This document shows positions 37,789-47,981 of a DNA stretch of 64,000 nucleotides, piece after piece. The stretch spans positions 384,001 through 448,000 of the forward strand of contig CAWJEN010000005.1 of assembly GCA_963841915.1 (NCBI GenBank). Direction: 5' to 3'. The position numbers and the translations under genes were made by a program. Below the pieces are notes generated by a model. It worked only from the letters and a program-made list of their open reading frames with translations. It was not told the DNA's origin and did no database searches. This DNA comes from an uncultured Planctomycetota bacterium (GTDB taxonomy: Bacteria; Planctomycetota; Phycisphaerae; Tepidisphaerales; Tepidisphaeraceae). How positions within the stretch are numbered: position 1 is the stretch's first letter; every line of letters starts with the position of its first letter.

Positions 37789-38403
37789 ATGAGCGACCAG
37801 ACGACCGAGCCGCAGGATCAAGACCTGCTTCAAGCCGACCAAGGCGAATCCGCCATTGAAGGCGATCCCGAAGTAGTCAGCTACGAAGACGTTCAGCCCG
37901 GCGAGGGCGAGGAATACGCTGTCGATCTCGACGGAACGGCGCCCGTCGACGACAGCCAGGCTTACGCCGACGGCTCGTACGGTGCGCTACCGACGGTCGC
38001 CACCGGCTACGTCTGGGGCACCGGCCGTCGCAAGAGCTCCGTCGCTCGTGTCCGCATCAACCAGGGAAGCGGCACGATCAGCATCAAGCGCAGCGGACAC
38101 GACCTCCGCGAGCTCAACGACTACTTCCACAACGAGCGCGACCGCAAGGCCATCTTCGGCCCGCTTGAAGTCACGCAGTACGGCGGCAAGGTCGACATCT
38201 TTGTCAACACCTCCGGCGGCGGTTCGACCGGCCAAGCCGGTGCCATTGTCATGGGCATCGCACGTGCCCTCATCAAGTACGATCCGCAGAGCGAAGCCTC
38301 GCTTCGCGAGAACGGCTTCATGACCCGCGACAGCCGCATGAAAGAACGCAAGAAGTACGGCCAGCGTGGTGCCCGTCGTAAGTTCCAGTTCAGCAAGCGA
38401 TAG
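37789..38403 (+). CDS. rpsI: 30S ribosomal protein S9 with acidic N-terminal extension
   Basis: GTGRRKSSVARV, GGGSTGQAGA, TRDSRMKERKKYG..GARRKFQFSKR. Confidence 0.97.
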   Translation: MSDQTTEPQDQDLLQADQGESAIEGDPEVVSYEDVQPGEGEEYAVDLDGTAPVDDSQAYADGSYGALPTVATGYVWGTGRRKSSVARVRINQGSGTISIKRSGHDLRELNDYFHNERDRKAIFGPLEVTQYGGKVDIFVNTSGGGSTGQAGAIVMGIARALIKYDPQSEASLRENGFMTRDSRMKERKKYGQRGARRKFQFSKR

Positions 38404-38425
38404 TCGTCGCTTCGCGTCAAGCAAC

Positions 38426-38458
38426 AAAAGCCGCCGACCCGATGGGTCGGCGGCTTTT
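38426..38458 (+). terminator. Intrinsic terminator
   Basis: AAAAGCCGCCGACCC-GAT-GGGTCGGCGGCTTTT. Confidence 0.9.
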
Positions 38459-38559
38459 CGCTTGGAAGTGACGGTTCAGGCGGTACCGCCGGACGCCAAG
38501 TCGCTACCATGCCCGCGGCCGTGCCGCATCTGGCGTCGTGGCTGTTGCCCCACTGCGAT

Positions 38560-41500
38560 ATGACGAAGCTGCCTTGCCCTTGCGTTGCCCGTTGGACCGT
38601 TCTGGCCTCGCTTGCCGTCACCACGACGGTTGTGGCGCAGGTGCAGATCCAACTGGCTCCGACCGATGCCGACCCGACGGCGGCCGGTGTGTACGTCGAC
38701 GACTCGACGCAGGCCCTCGATCAATTCACCCTTGCCGATCGCTTGTCCGACCTCGGCGAATGGCGGAAGGCGGCAGGGGTCTATCAAGAAGCCAGCAGCC
38801 GATTCGGTAACCGCCTCATCGCCGGTGACGTCAACGGCTCGACGCAGCAGTATCGGCCGGTCCGTGAGGCCGTCCGCGCTCGGCTCGCTGCGTGGCCGGC
38901 TGAGGGACTTCTTGCTTATCGCGAGCGATTCGAGCCTGAGGCTCAGCAGTCACTTGAGGCCGCCCGACGCATCGACCTTGACGCCTCACGCCGCACGGCT
39001 TTAGCGACGCTAATCGACCAGTACCCGCTGACCGTCGCCTCAGCGGCAGCAACGATAGAGCTGATCGACCTGCACCTTGCCCGTGGTGACGTGGCCACGG
39101 CCAGGCGTACCGCGTCGGTGGCCGCGGCATCTTCTCAAGCCTTTGCCGGTTTGAACGTCGACGGCATCACCTCAGATGCCGCTGCGGCGTTCACGTTTCG
39201 ATTGGCGTTGTCGGCCGCATTAGTTGGTGACGCCGAAGCAGCCGAAGCAGCCGTCGCCACATTGGCCGAGACATACAGCCTGGCAACGGGCACGGTTGCG
39301 GGGAACACGGTGAACCTCGCCGACACTGCACGGCAAGTGCTCGACAACGGCATCGCCCGACGCGACGCGACCGCTGATCCGACCGTTGCCGCGACGCTCT
39401 GGCCGACGTTTGACGGCGCCAGCGACCGGAACCGACTCGCCGCCTCTGCTCCGGGAGCATTGAGCCCACAGTTCGCGGTCGACGCTCTTCAGCCGACGTC
39501 ACCCGAGCAATCGCAAGGCGACGCCATCGCGCGGCGCAACGGCAGCCGACTGACGGGACAGATGGCGGGCGTGTTTCCGGTGGCTCAAGAGGGTGTGATC
39601 TACTGGAGCGACAACGCCAGCCTGCACGCCGTCGACCTCATCTCAGGCGAGCCGCCGACTGCTTGGTCGGCGAGTAACCCGGTCAACGACGGGCATTTAT
39701 CTGTCGAGCCCAACGCCACCCTCACGCCCCGCGGCGTTGCTTTAGCGCCGACACTTATCGATGGCCGCCTCATCGCCACGATGGGTAGACGCGACTTGAG
39801 GCTCGAAGAAGCGTCGCGGAACCGCCAGCCGCTTGAACCGAGCGTCGTGGCGGTTGATGCGGCGACGGGTGTGCCGCTTTGGACGCTTCGCGTCAGCGGC
39901 CTGAACGCCCAGGCCATTGCAGCTGCACTCGGGACCGACGACGAGGGCGATGTTGTCAACGCCCTTGCCGAGTGCGTCATCAGCTCTCCACCCGTCGTTG
40001 CCGACGCAAAGGTGTGGGTCCTGGCGGCGACCGATTCACGGCGGGGGCGTCCCTTCGAGCAGTCGTTTGCTTTGGCCATCGACACAGCGACGGGTGAGTT
40101 GCTGCACGTGCGACCGCTGGCGACCACAGGTGGCGGGCAGATGCAGATGCGCGGCAACGCCTTCATCGACCCGCCGCCCGACGTCATTCCGGCGGCGTCG
40201 GGTGGAGTCGTCTACCTGCCCACCGGGCGCGGCGTCCTGGCGGCCATGGATGCGACCTCCGGAGACCTGCTGTGGCTCAACATCTACGGCGTCGACCAGC
40301 CCGAGAACAACGGCCTTGCCAACAACGGCCGCTTCGGAAACAACAACGTAACTACCAGCCGAAGGCGGTTCACCTCGTCGCTGCCGTTCCACGCCGCAGC
40401 GCCTGTCATTGACAACGGCCGCATCTTCTTCCGCCCGCCCGACGCCGAGGCCGTCCTCATCTTCGACGCCACCGACGGCAGTGAAATCGCTCGTCTTCCT
40501 GCCGCGCCCGAGAACGTCATCGAGCTCGACAGGCGCCAGTCACCTGCGCCGCAGTACGGGCCCGACGTCGTCCGCACGGTGTTGGCTGTTGATGGCGACC
40601 GGCTTTACGCGCTAGGCGGCCGCAAGGTCTATTGCCTGAAGTGGCGTGACAACATCGAGGCCGTCCGTGCCGGCACGTTCGACGAGCTCGCGCCAGAAGC
40701 CTGGGCCCACTGGATCAGCACGTTCGAGCTCATTCCCGCGTTGCGTGGTGCTGCCGTCGAGACCATTGTCGGGCGGCCCGCGGTCACGCAGACACACGTG
40801 GTCGTACCGACGGCGGATCGGCTTGTACTCATCGACAACGAGACCGGCCTGCGCGACGAATCACGCTTGGGCAATCAGGCGGCGTACGTGAGCCTGCCGC
40901 CGTCGCAGACAGCCATCGACGGTGAACGCGGTTTAGCGGGTAACGTCCTCGTCCTTGACGACCGCGTCGTCGTTGCCGGCCAGACGACGATTGGCGTCTG
41001 GTTCGATCGCGCCACCGTCCGCCGCCGGCTTCTGGTGCGGATCGAGCAGACGCCCGACGACCCGCAACCCGTCATCGAGCTGGCGAGGATCGACTACGGC
41101 TCGGGTGACGTCGACGGGGCGTTGGCAGGCCTGCGTCAGGCGGCACAGATGTCAGGCGGACGCGAGCTCGCCTTCGACGCCGCCGTTGCGCTCGCCACGT
41201 CGCGGGCGGGCGCAGGCGTCGGGGTATTGCTCGATTATGCCGAAGAACTTGCACAAACGCCCCGCCAGCAGGTCGTCGCCCGGCTGGCACGGCTCGACAG
41301 CCGAGATGTGCCCGGCGGTGCCGACGAACAGCTGGCCGCGTTGCGTGATGTGCTGGACGTAGCCGAGTGGCGAGGCGTTGATCTGGGTGGAGAGAACGCT
41401 GGCTTCACCGCCCGTGACGTCATTGCCGGTCGCATCGAGGGATTGGTGGCCCAGAGCCGGTCCGGCCTGCACCTGCCGATCGATGATCGGGCGGCGGCCC

Positions 41501-43281
41501 AGCTCGAGCAGGCGGGGAACGATGTGGCTGCGTTGAAGGAAGTCGTCTCAGCCTTTCCGAACAGCCCGGCCGGCGTCAACGCGGCCTTACGGTTGGCGTC
41601 GCTCTGCGACGCCCCCGTTGCCCGGGCCGAGTCGCTTCGTCAGGGATACGCCATCGCCCGACGGCTGCGGGACGATTCGCGGTTGAACGATGTTCTGGCG
41701 CTGATGGCGCAATCCGACCGCGCTAGCGATCGGCTGGATGATGCGGCAGCTCGCCTGCGCGTCATCGCCAGTCGCGACGCCAACCGTCTGCTGAGCGATG
41801 GCAAGACGGCGGAGCAGGCTGCTTACGCGACGGGACGTGAGGCGGTCGAGGCCGACGCGGCGTTGTCGCCGATGCTCGATCTGCCTCAAGGCCTTGCCGA
41901 TGCGCCTTTCGCCGATGCGGTTATCGACATCGCAGACGTCGATCGACTCGTGGCGGTTCCACGTGGAACAGGTCGCGACGACCGCCTCGTCTTTACCCGC
42001 GGCACCACCGTCGGCGTCGCCGATCTCCAGGGTGAGCAATGGGCGACCGACGCAAAGCAGCGTGCCGAAGCGGCTGCCTGGATCGACGACCGCTTGCTGG
42101 CGTGGGGCGAAAGCGGCATCGTCAGCTTCGACGACACAGGAGGGCTTGTCTGGCGAAAGTCGGTCAACGAGCTACAGATTGGTGGCGTGACGGCGGCGAC
42201 CGTTGCCGCCGACGCGGTCGTGCTCTTCGACGGCCAGACGCTCGTCGCCGTCGCCTCCGACGGCTCGACCCGCTGGTCGACCTCGACACCGCTCATCGGC
42301 AGTGGGTCGCTGCAGGGCGCGGCCGACTTCGTGACGCTGTGGTCAGGAACCGAACTCGCATTTCACGACGCGGCAACCGGTCGGCTTCTAGCCCGCCGGT
42401 CGTTTGATGCGTCCGCAGAGCTCGGGGAGGTCGTCGACGTCTTGCCGATCGATGGCGGTCGCGTGGCCGTCGTGACAGAGGCGGCGGTCCTGTTCCTCGA
42501 CCCGCTCGACCCGACCCAGCGGCTCGGCGGCGTCGTGGCCGTTACCCGCGTCGACCGCTCCAAGGGCGCAACCACCTTCGCCGTTGCTGGCCCTACGCCG
42601 GCCAGCGACGAAGCGTTCCGCTGGACCGGCGATCGTCCGCAGCGACGGGTGCGAGAGGTCGCCGGACAGCTCGTCGTCTCGTCTGATCTCAGAAACGCTG
42701 GGCGACGAGACGGCATCATCATCGACCCGCTCGATGGCACGCTCCTGGACGTGCCGACCCCGGTCGATGACGAGCGATTGCCCGTGCTGCTGACAGGTGA
42801 CACGACTGACCCCGCAGCCCTGGGCGAGCTGGCACCACGACTCCTGCAGCGGGCGAATCCGACGCTCCGCAGCGACGAGACGGACGGGCCCGGTGGCGAC
42901 ATCTTCGCCGACGGCACCCGGATCTACGTCACCGGCCTGCGCGGCATCACCGCCTTCGACCTCGACGCACCGGGAGACAATGTCGGGCCGCACTGGTGGC
43001 GGGATGATGACGCCTTCTCTCGCGCCGTAGACCCGTCCCTCATCACCGGCGTGCTGCTGGGTCGCGACTACGTGCTGGTGCTCGACGAGCCGACCTCGGG
43101 TGGTATGCGGATCATTCCGTTCGGTCGTCAGCTCGTGCCCGACAAGGGATACGAGAGCGGACTCGTTCGGCCAGCGCTCGAACTTGATGAGGTGCCGCGT
43201 CAGGTGCAACCGATGCAAGGCGGCATTGCAGTCTTGAACGAAGAAGGCACGCTGCGTCTCTACCGAGGGGCAGGCCAGTGA
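38560..43281 (+). CDS. Large secreted PQQ-like beta-propeller / TPR-like repeat protein
   Basis: Signal peptide; WPTFDG...RNR; repeated A.D..TG..LW motifs; helical repeat segments. Confidence 0.75.
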   Translation: MTKLPCPCVARWTVLASLAVTTTVVAQVQIQLAPTDADPTAAGVYVDDSTQALDQFTLADRLSDLGEWRKAAGVYQEASSRFGNRLIAGDVNGSTQQYRPVREAVRARLAAWPAEGLLAYRERFEPEAQQSLEAARRIDLDASRRTALATLIDQYPLTVASAAATIELIDLHLARGDVATARRTASVAAASSQAFAGLNVDGITSDAAAAFTFRLALSAALVGDAEAAEAAVATLAETYSLATGTVAGNTVNLADTARQVLDNGIARRDATADPTVAATLWPTFDGASDRNRLAASAPGALSPQFAVDALQPTSPEQSQGDAIARRNGSRLTGQMAGVFPVAQEGVIYWSDNASLHAVDLISGEPPTAWSASNPVNDGHLSVEPNATLTPRGVALAPTLIDGRLIATMGRRDLRLEEASRNRQPLEPSVVAVDAATGVPLWTLRVSGLNAQAIAAALGTDDEGDVVNALAECVISSPPVVADAKVWVLAATDSRRGRPFEQSFALAIDTATGELLHVRPLATTGGGQMQMRGNAFIDPPPDVIPAASGGVVYLPTGRGVLAAMDATSGDLLWLNIYGVDQPENNGLANNGRFGNNNVTTSRRRFTSSLPFHAAAPVIDNGRIFFRPPDAEAVLIFDATDGSEIARLPAAPENVIELDRRQSPAPQYGPDVVRTVLAVDGDRLYALGGRKVYCLKWRDNIEAVRAGTFDELAPEAWAHWISTFELIPALRGAAVETIVGRPAVTQTHVVVPTADRLVLIDNETGLRDESRLGNQAAYVSLPPSQTAIDGERGLAGNVLVLDDRVVVAGQTTIGVWFDRATVRRRLLVRIEQTPDDPQPVIELARIDYGSGDVDGALAGLRQAAQMSGGRELAFDAAVALATSRAGAGVGVLLDYAEELAQTPRQQVVARLARLDSRDVPGGADEQLAALRDVLDVAEWRGVDLGGENAGFTARDVIAGRIEGLVAQSRSGLHLPIDDRAAAQLEQAGNDVAALKEVVSAFPNSPAGVNAALRLASLCDAPVARAESLRQGYAIARRLRDDSRLNDVLALMAQSDRASDRLDDAAARLRVIASRDANRLLSDGKTAEQAAYATGREAVEADAALSPMLDLPQGLADAPFADAVIDIADVDRLVAVPRGTGRDDRLVFTRGTTVGVADLQGEQWATDAKQRAEAAAWIDDRLLAWGESGIVSFDDTGGLVWRKSVNELQIGGVTAATVAADAVVLFDGQTLVAVASDGSTRWSTSTPLIGSGSLQGAADFVTLWSGTELAFHDAATGRLLARRSFDASAELGEVVDVLPIDGGRVAVVTEAAVLFLDPLDPTQRLGGVVAVTRVDRSKGATTFAVAGPTPASDEAFRWTGDRPQRRVREVAGQLVVSSDLRNAGRRDGIIIDPLDGTLLDVPTPVDDERLPVLLTGDTTDPAALGELAPRLLQRANPTLRSDETDGPGGDIFADGTRIYVTGLRGITAFDLDAPGDNVGPHWWRDDDAFSRAVDPSLITGVLLGRDYVLVLDEPTSGGMRIIPFGRQLVPDKGYESGLVRPALELDEVPRQVQPMQGGIAVLNEEGTLRLYRGAGQ
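41955..41970. promoter_or_regulatory. parS site inside a coding sequence
   Basis: GGTTCCACGTGGAACA. Confidence 0.7.
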
Positions 43282-43787
43282 GGTTCCGCGTCGAACGCCT
43301 TGCCCTGCTCGTCGCCCTGCTGCTGGCAGGTTGTGCGAGCGGTCCCGCATATGTCTCGTACAATGGCAGCTCGGGCTACAGCGAGGTCGAGATTCGACCA
43401 GACGTGTTCGACATCAGCTACCACGGCCGCGAGCGGATGAGCGACGGCCAAGCCATGCAGTACGCCAAACTCCGCGGGGCCGAGCTGGCCCGGCAACGAG
43501 GTCGTGCGCACTTTCGCATCCTTGGCAGGAGCATTGAAGGACGCACCACCTACCGCACCTTCACCCGCGACGTCCGCCTTCAGAGCGACGACCGGCTGGC
43601 GACTATGCGGGTGCCCGTGACGGACATCGACATCGGCCAGCGACCGGTTGCGCTGCTGACGGTCTACATCCTGGACGAGCCGGCCGACGACACGTTCGAG
43701 GCCGAGGCGGTGCTACGGCAGGCTGTCAATGAAGGGCGTGTCGAGCCCGACCGGTTCGCGCTTGCACCAATCACGCGGCCGAATTAG
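43278..43787 (+). CDS. Lipoprotein (CC0125/CC1285-like)
   Basis: LLAGC lipobox; GYSE..I....F.I.Y.G and LRGAELA...G..HF.I. Confidence 0.75.
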   Translation: MRFRVERLALLVALLLAGCASGPAYVSYNGSSGYSEVEIRPDVFDISYHGRERMSDGQAMQYAKLRGAELARQRGRAHFRILGRSIEGRTTYRTFTRDVRLQSDDRLATMRVPVTDIDIGQRPVALLTVYILDEPADDTFEAEAVLRQAVNEGRVEPDRFALAPITRPN

Positions 43788-43838
43788 GCAAAACGCGCTG
43801 CGCGGCGGCGGCCAAGTGGCTCGCGGCGGAGCGGCAAA

Positions 43839-43854
43839 TGTTCCACGTGGAACA
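43839..43854. promoter_or_regulatory. parS site
   Basis: TGTTCCACGTGGAACA. Confidence 0.85.
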
Positions 43855-43905
43855 TTGGACGCTCTGGCGGCGCGTGGCGAACGTTTTTCCCGCGGCGGAG
43901 GTCGT

Positions 43906-43921
43906 TGTTCCACGTGGAACA
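43906..43921. promoter_or_regulatory. parS site
   Basis: TGTTCCACGTGGAACA. Confidence 0.85.
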
Positions 43922-44158
43922 CGTCCAGAATCGACCGCCGGTGCGTCGGCGGCGATGCAGGGGTGCAGAAAACCTCATACCTGCTAATGCACAATTTCAG
44001 GGACAATGTGGTCATCTCCGCTTGCGGGTGCGACGCACCACGACGCCGTGCGCCCTGCGCCGCGGCGGCCGCCTTTGCGCATCAGCATCACGTCGTTCAC
44101 GCAAGGTTCCTCGGCTGCGCACGGGATGACGGAGGAGCACGTCGACGTGCAGGCCGCC

Positions 44159-46330
44159 CTACGCCGACCCGTTCGACGCGGCGTCGGCCAGACGGATGAC
44201 GAAGATCTTGCGAACAGCCGGCAGACACCTTGACTCGTCGCAAGCCTGATACGCCAGCGCCAGCTCGAGCTGACCGCCCGGACTCATCGGTTCGATGAGG
44301 TGGGCCGACAACCGCACGCGGCCGACCAGCTTGCCCTCTGCCGACTGCGGGTAGTCGACGTGGGCGAGCTTGCTGGTGTCCGTCGCCGACAGCTCGACGA
44401 CACGTTCCTGGCCGTCGTGATTCGGCGCGTAGAGGTGGAAGCCGCCCTGGATCTCCAGCACGACGTCGACCTGTCGTTCATCGATCCACTCGCCGGTCAG
44501 GCTCACGACGCGGCCGGCTTCGTCGTCGACGCTCGGCAACTGCGCAGGTCCCTCGCTGCCCTTGACCTCGAAGTTGCCACCCTCAGCCACAACCGCTCGG
44601 GCGGCCCGGGCGAGCGTGCTGGCGTGGCCGGGCTGGTCGGTAATCTGGTCGGCAAACGTGCGGACGATCTTGCGGGCGTCGTTGGTTCGACCGAGGTTGA
44701 CAAGCAGCAACGCCGCCGACCCGTTGCCGCTGGGCAGCGGCGTGTCACCTGCCGTCCGCCTGCGGATCCCGCTCATCAGCACCACGTCGGGATCGTCGGC
44801 CGCGGTCAACGCCAGCGCCCGGCCCGCGACGCCGTCGACGGTAAATCGCTCCAGCATCGCGTCGGCCAGCAAGTCGGCCTCATCGGTCATGCCACAAGCC
44901 AACAGTCCCGCGCCGAAGTGCGCGTAGTCATCGAGTGTCGCATCAGGGCCGGCAGCGCCATCGCGTGACGTGCGAACGAGCGTCTTCGTTGCATGATGAT
45001 CGAGCAGCCACCGGGCGGCACGCGTTGCAGCATCGCGATACCGCGGCTCGTTCAGCAGATCACCGCATGTGGCCAGCGCCTCGATCATGAGACCGTTCCA
45101 GCTCGTGATAATCTTGTCGTCGAGGATCGGCTGTTTTCGCTCGCCGCGGGCGACGAGCAGGCGGTCACGCCACGCCGCCGCTTCGTCCTCGGCGGCGGGC
45201 TCGGCGAGGTACAGCACGTTGGTGTCCGGTGACGTCGGGTTCGGCCCGTGCGGGTCGGCAAAGTTGAAGCCGCGGTCGAGCCCGTAGATCGCGTTGAAGC
45301 GGTCGGCGTCGTCGCCCAGCACGTCGCGCACGTCGTCCGGTGTCCACAGGTAGTTCTTGCCTTCGCTGCCGTCGACTTCAGCGTCCAAGGCCGTGTAGAA
45401 GACGCCGTCGGGCGAGGTCATCTCACGAAGAACGAAGTCGAGGCAGCGCCGGGCGACCTGCTCGAAGCGCGGCTCGCTCAGCTTCGCTGCCGCGTGTGCG
45501 TAGACAGGTGCGAGCATCGCCTGGTCGTAGAGCATGATCTCGAAGTGCGGCACAAGCCACTTGGAGTCGGTGCTGTAGCGATGGAACCCACCACCGAGGT
45601 GGTCCCGGATGCCACCGTCGGCCATGGCGTCGAGCGTGTGGCGGAGCTTGCCTTCCTGTCCGCTGGTTTGGAGCAGGAAGGCCAGCAGCGTTTGCCGCGG
45701 GAACTTGGGTGCTCTGCCGAAGCCGCCGTGCACGGGCTCATAGTCGCTTGCCGCTTCGGCGGTGAGCTTGTCGAACAGGCCACGCTCAAACGTCACGTCG
45801 TGCGTCGGCGGCCTGGGTTCTGCGATGCGGCGAAGCACGTCGGTCACGTTCTCGACCGTCTGCATGACTTCGCCCCGCTTGTCGCGCCACGCTTCGGTCA
45901 TGGCCGTCATCAGCGTGCCGAACCCCGGACGGCCTTGGTGTGGGGGGGCGTCGGTCGGTGGGAAGTAGGTGCCTGCGTAGAACGGCGCACCGTCGGGCGT
46001 GAGGAAAACGCTCATCGGCCACCCGCCCTGCCCGCTGATGACCTGCGTCGCAGCCATGTAGTGCTCGTCGAGGTCGGGCCGTTGTTCGCGGTCGACCTTG
46101 ATGCAGACGAAGCCGTCGTTCATCTGCTTCGCGAGCGTCGCGTTCTCGAAGACCTCACGCTCCATGACGTGACACCAGTAGCACGTCGCGTAGCCGACAC
46201 TGAGAAAGACCGGCACATCGCGTCGCCTGGCCTCGGCAAACGCGGCCGCCGACCAGGGTCGCCAATCGACGGGATTGTCCTTGTGCTGTAGCAGATAAGG
46301 CGACGTCTCACCGGCAAGCGCGTTGGGCAT
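44159..46330 (-). CDS. Thioredoxin domain-containing protein (YyaL/SSP411 family) with C-terminal DsbD-N-like domain
   Basis: [62 protein letters not shown]...CLP. Confidence 0.92.
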   Translation of the reverse strand: MPNALAGETSPYLLQHKDNPVDWRPWSAAAFAEARRRDVPVFLSVGYATCYWCHVMEREVFENATLAKQMNDGFVCIKVDREQRPDLDEHYMAATQVISGQGGWPMSVFLTPDGAPFYAGTYFPPTDAPPHQGRPGFGTLMTAMTEAWRDKRGEVMQTVENVTDVLRRIAEPRPPTHDVTFERGLFDKLTAEAASDYEPVHGGFGRAPKFPRQTLLAFLLQTSGQEGKLRHTLDAMADGGIRDHLGGGFHRYSTDSKWLVPHFEIMLYDQAMLAPVYAHAAAKLSEPRFEQVARRCLDFVLREMTSPDGVFYTALDAEVDGSEGKNYLWTPDDVRDVLGDDADRFNAIYGLDRGFNFADPHGPNPTSPDTNVLYLAEPAAEDEAAAWRDRLLVARGERKQPILDDKIITSWNGLMIEALATCGDLLNEPRYRDAATRAARWLLDHHATKTLVRTSRDGAAGPDATLDDYAHFGAGLLACGMTDEADLLADAMLERFTVDGVAGRALALTAADDPDVVLMSGIRRRTAGDTPLPSGNGSAALLLVNLGRTNDARKIVRTFADQITDQPGHASTLARAARAVVAEGGNFEVKGSEGPAQLPSVDDEAGRVVSLTGEWIDERQVDVVLEIQGGFHLYAPNHDGQERVVELSATDTSKLAHVDYPQSAEGKLVGRVRLSAHLIEPMSPGGQLELALAYQACDESRCLPAVRKIFVIRLADAASNGSA

Positions 46331-46360
46331 GCGACGACGGTATGGGTTACCGGCATTCCG

Positions 46361-46520
46361 CCGGAGGAACGCGAAAGCGCGAAGAAGCGAAGGGACGCGA
46401 AGAGGAGAGAACTGAGAAAAGGCAGACGAAGCGCTCGCCGATAGATTTCTCTGCTGCGTCTGGACCCTCTTTTCTGCACTTCGCGGCCCTTCGCCTCTTA
46501 GCTTCTCCGCGTTCCTCCGG
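46361..46520. repeat. Palindromic REP/MITE-like element
   Basis: Perfect 13-bp terminal IR CCGGAGGAACGCG; imperfect arms of about 42 bp built from GCGAAG units. Confidence 0.75.
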
Positions 46521-46527
46521 ATCGGCC

Positions 46528-46911
46528 TTACGCGTAGCCGAGATGATCCAGGTCGTCCTCGTCCAGGCCGAAGTAGTGACCCAATTCGTGCAACAGCGTG
46601 ACGCGAACCTGCTCGACCAGATCGTCGGCGTCTTCGGCAAAATCTTCGATGTCCTGGCGGAACAGCCAGATGCGATCGGGCACCATCGCCGGCATGTCGG
46701 CCAACCGGTCGGGAAGCGGCACGCCTTCGTACAAGCCCAGTAACAACTCGTCGGCAGGCACGCCCACCTCGGCCAACTGCTCGCGTGTCGGCCGATCCGT
46801 CACGCCCACCGGCACGTCGTCTCGGATCACGCGGCGGTAGTCGTCGGGCAGTTGCTCGATCGCCGTCTCGACCAGTCGCGCGAACTCGTCCTCGGACACC
46901 TCGTGCGGCAC
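46528..46911 (-). CDS. Zincin-like metallopeptidase (DUF1025)
   Basis: F..LV..A...[18 protein letters not shown] and HELGHYFG motifs. Confidence 0.9.
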   Translation of the reverse strand: MPHEVSEDEFARLVETAIEQLPDDYRRVIRDDVPVGVTDRPTREQLAEVGVPADELLLGLYEGVPLPDRLADMPAMVPDRIWLFRQDIEDFAEDADDLVEQVRVTLLHELGHYFGLDEDDLDHLGYA

Positions 46912-46954
46912 GCACCTTTGTAGGGCCGGCTGTCCGTTCAAGGCTGCGTAGAAC

Positions 46955-47941
46955 ATGGGCATGCTGCGACGACTCGTGCCGATCTTCCTGATCGCGTTCC
47001 TGGCCGGCGGGTGTTCGCTGCCGAGCGTGCTCGTGCAGCCGGTGTCATCGTCGCCGGCGCTCGAAGAGACGACGGTGCTGGCCGGTAAGACGACGCGGCA
47101 GAAGATTGCCGTCATCGAGGTCGAAGGCATGCTTATCAACGCCACGACAGGTGGCGGCCTGCTCGGTAGCGAGGAGAACAAGGTCAGTCTGTTCCGCCAG
47201 CAGCTTGCCAAAGCCGCCAGTGATGACCGTGTCAAGGCCGTCGTGCTTCGCGTCAACTCACCGGGCGGCACGGTCAGTGCCAGCGAGGTCATGTACAACG
47301 ACCTCATGAAGTTCCGGGCCTCGTCGGGTAAGCCCGTCGTCGCCCACTGCCAGGACGTTGCTGCCAGCGGCGGGTATTACGTCGCCGTCGCCGCCGACGA
47401 GATCCACGCGACGCCCACCAGCATCGTCGGCTCGATCGGCGTGATCTTCAACACCATCGACGCCTCCGAGCTCATGGAGAAGGTCGGCGTGAAGGTCGCA
47501 CCCGTCACCAGCGGTCCGCTTAAAGACATGGGCAGCCCCTTCAACGGCCTAGGCGACGTCGAACGCGGCGTCATCGAGGGCATCGTCGACGACCTGTACG
47601 GCCAGTTCACCGGCGTGGTCCTGTCGCGACGCGAGATCAAGGAGCAGGACATTGCCTTCGACGGCCGCGTCTTTACCGGCCGGGACGCGATGCGGATCGG
47701 GCTTGTCGACACGTTGTGCGACCTGGACGCCAGCATCAAGCGGGCCCGCGAGCTGTCGGGGGCCGACGGCGCAACAGCAGTCATGTACAAGAGGCCTTAC
47801 GGCTACCGCGGGAGCATCTACGCGACCTCACCCGCCGGTGGCGTGGGAAGCGCGGGTGGACCGACGGTGATTCACGTGCCGGGATTAGCGGACCTGACAC
47901 GGATGCTTTCGCCCGGCGCGTACTACCTGTGGATGCCGTAG
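46955..47941 (+). CDS. sppA: Signal peptide peptidase SppA (S49), lipoprotein
   Basis: [26 protein letters not shown] and DGRVFTG motifs. Confidence 0.92.
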   Translation: MGMLRRLVPIFLIAFLAGGCSLPSVLVQPVSSSPALEETTVLAGKTTRQKIAVIEVEGMLINATTGGGLLGSEENKVSLFRQQLAKAASDDRVKAVVLRVNSPGGTVSASEVMYNDLMKFRASSGKPVVAHCQDVAASGGYYVAVAADEIHATPTSIVGSIGVIFNTIDASELMEKVGVKVAPVTSGPLKDMGSPFNGLGDVERGVIEGIVDDLYGQFTGVVLSRREIKEQDIAFDGRVFTGRDAMRIGLVDTLCDLDASIKRARELSGADGATAVMYKRPYGYRGSIYATSPAGGVGSAGGPTVIHVPGLADLTRMLSPGAYYLWMP

Positions 47942-47981
47942 AGTATCTGCTACGAGGCGCTTAATGCCTTCTTGAACGCTC

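Noticed and set aside
46331..46915. N-terminal extension on the YyaL-like protein (918-aa ORF)
   Set aside because: It runs through the palindromic element and another frame of the zincin gene; the family start MPN.LA is at 46330.
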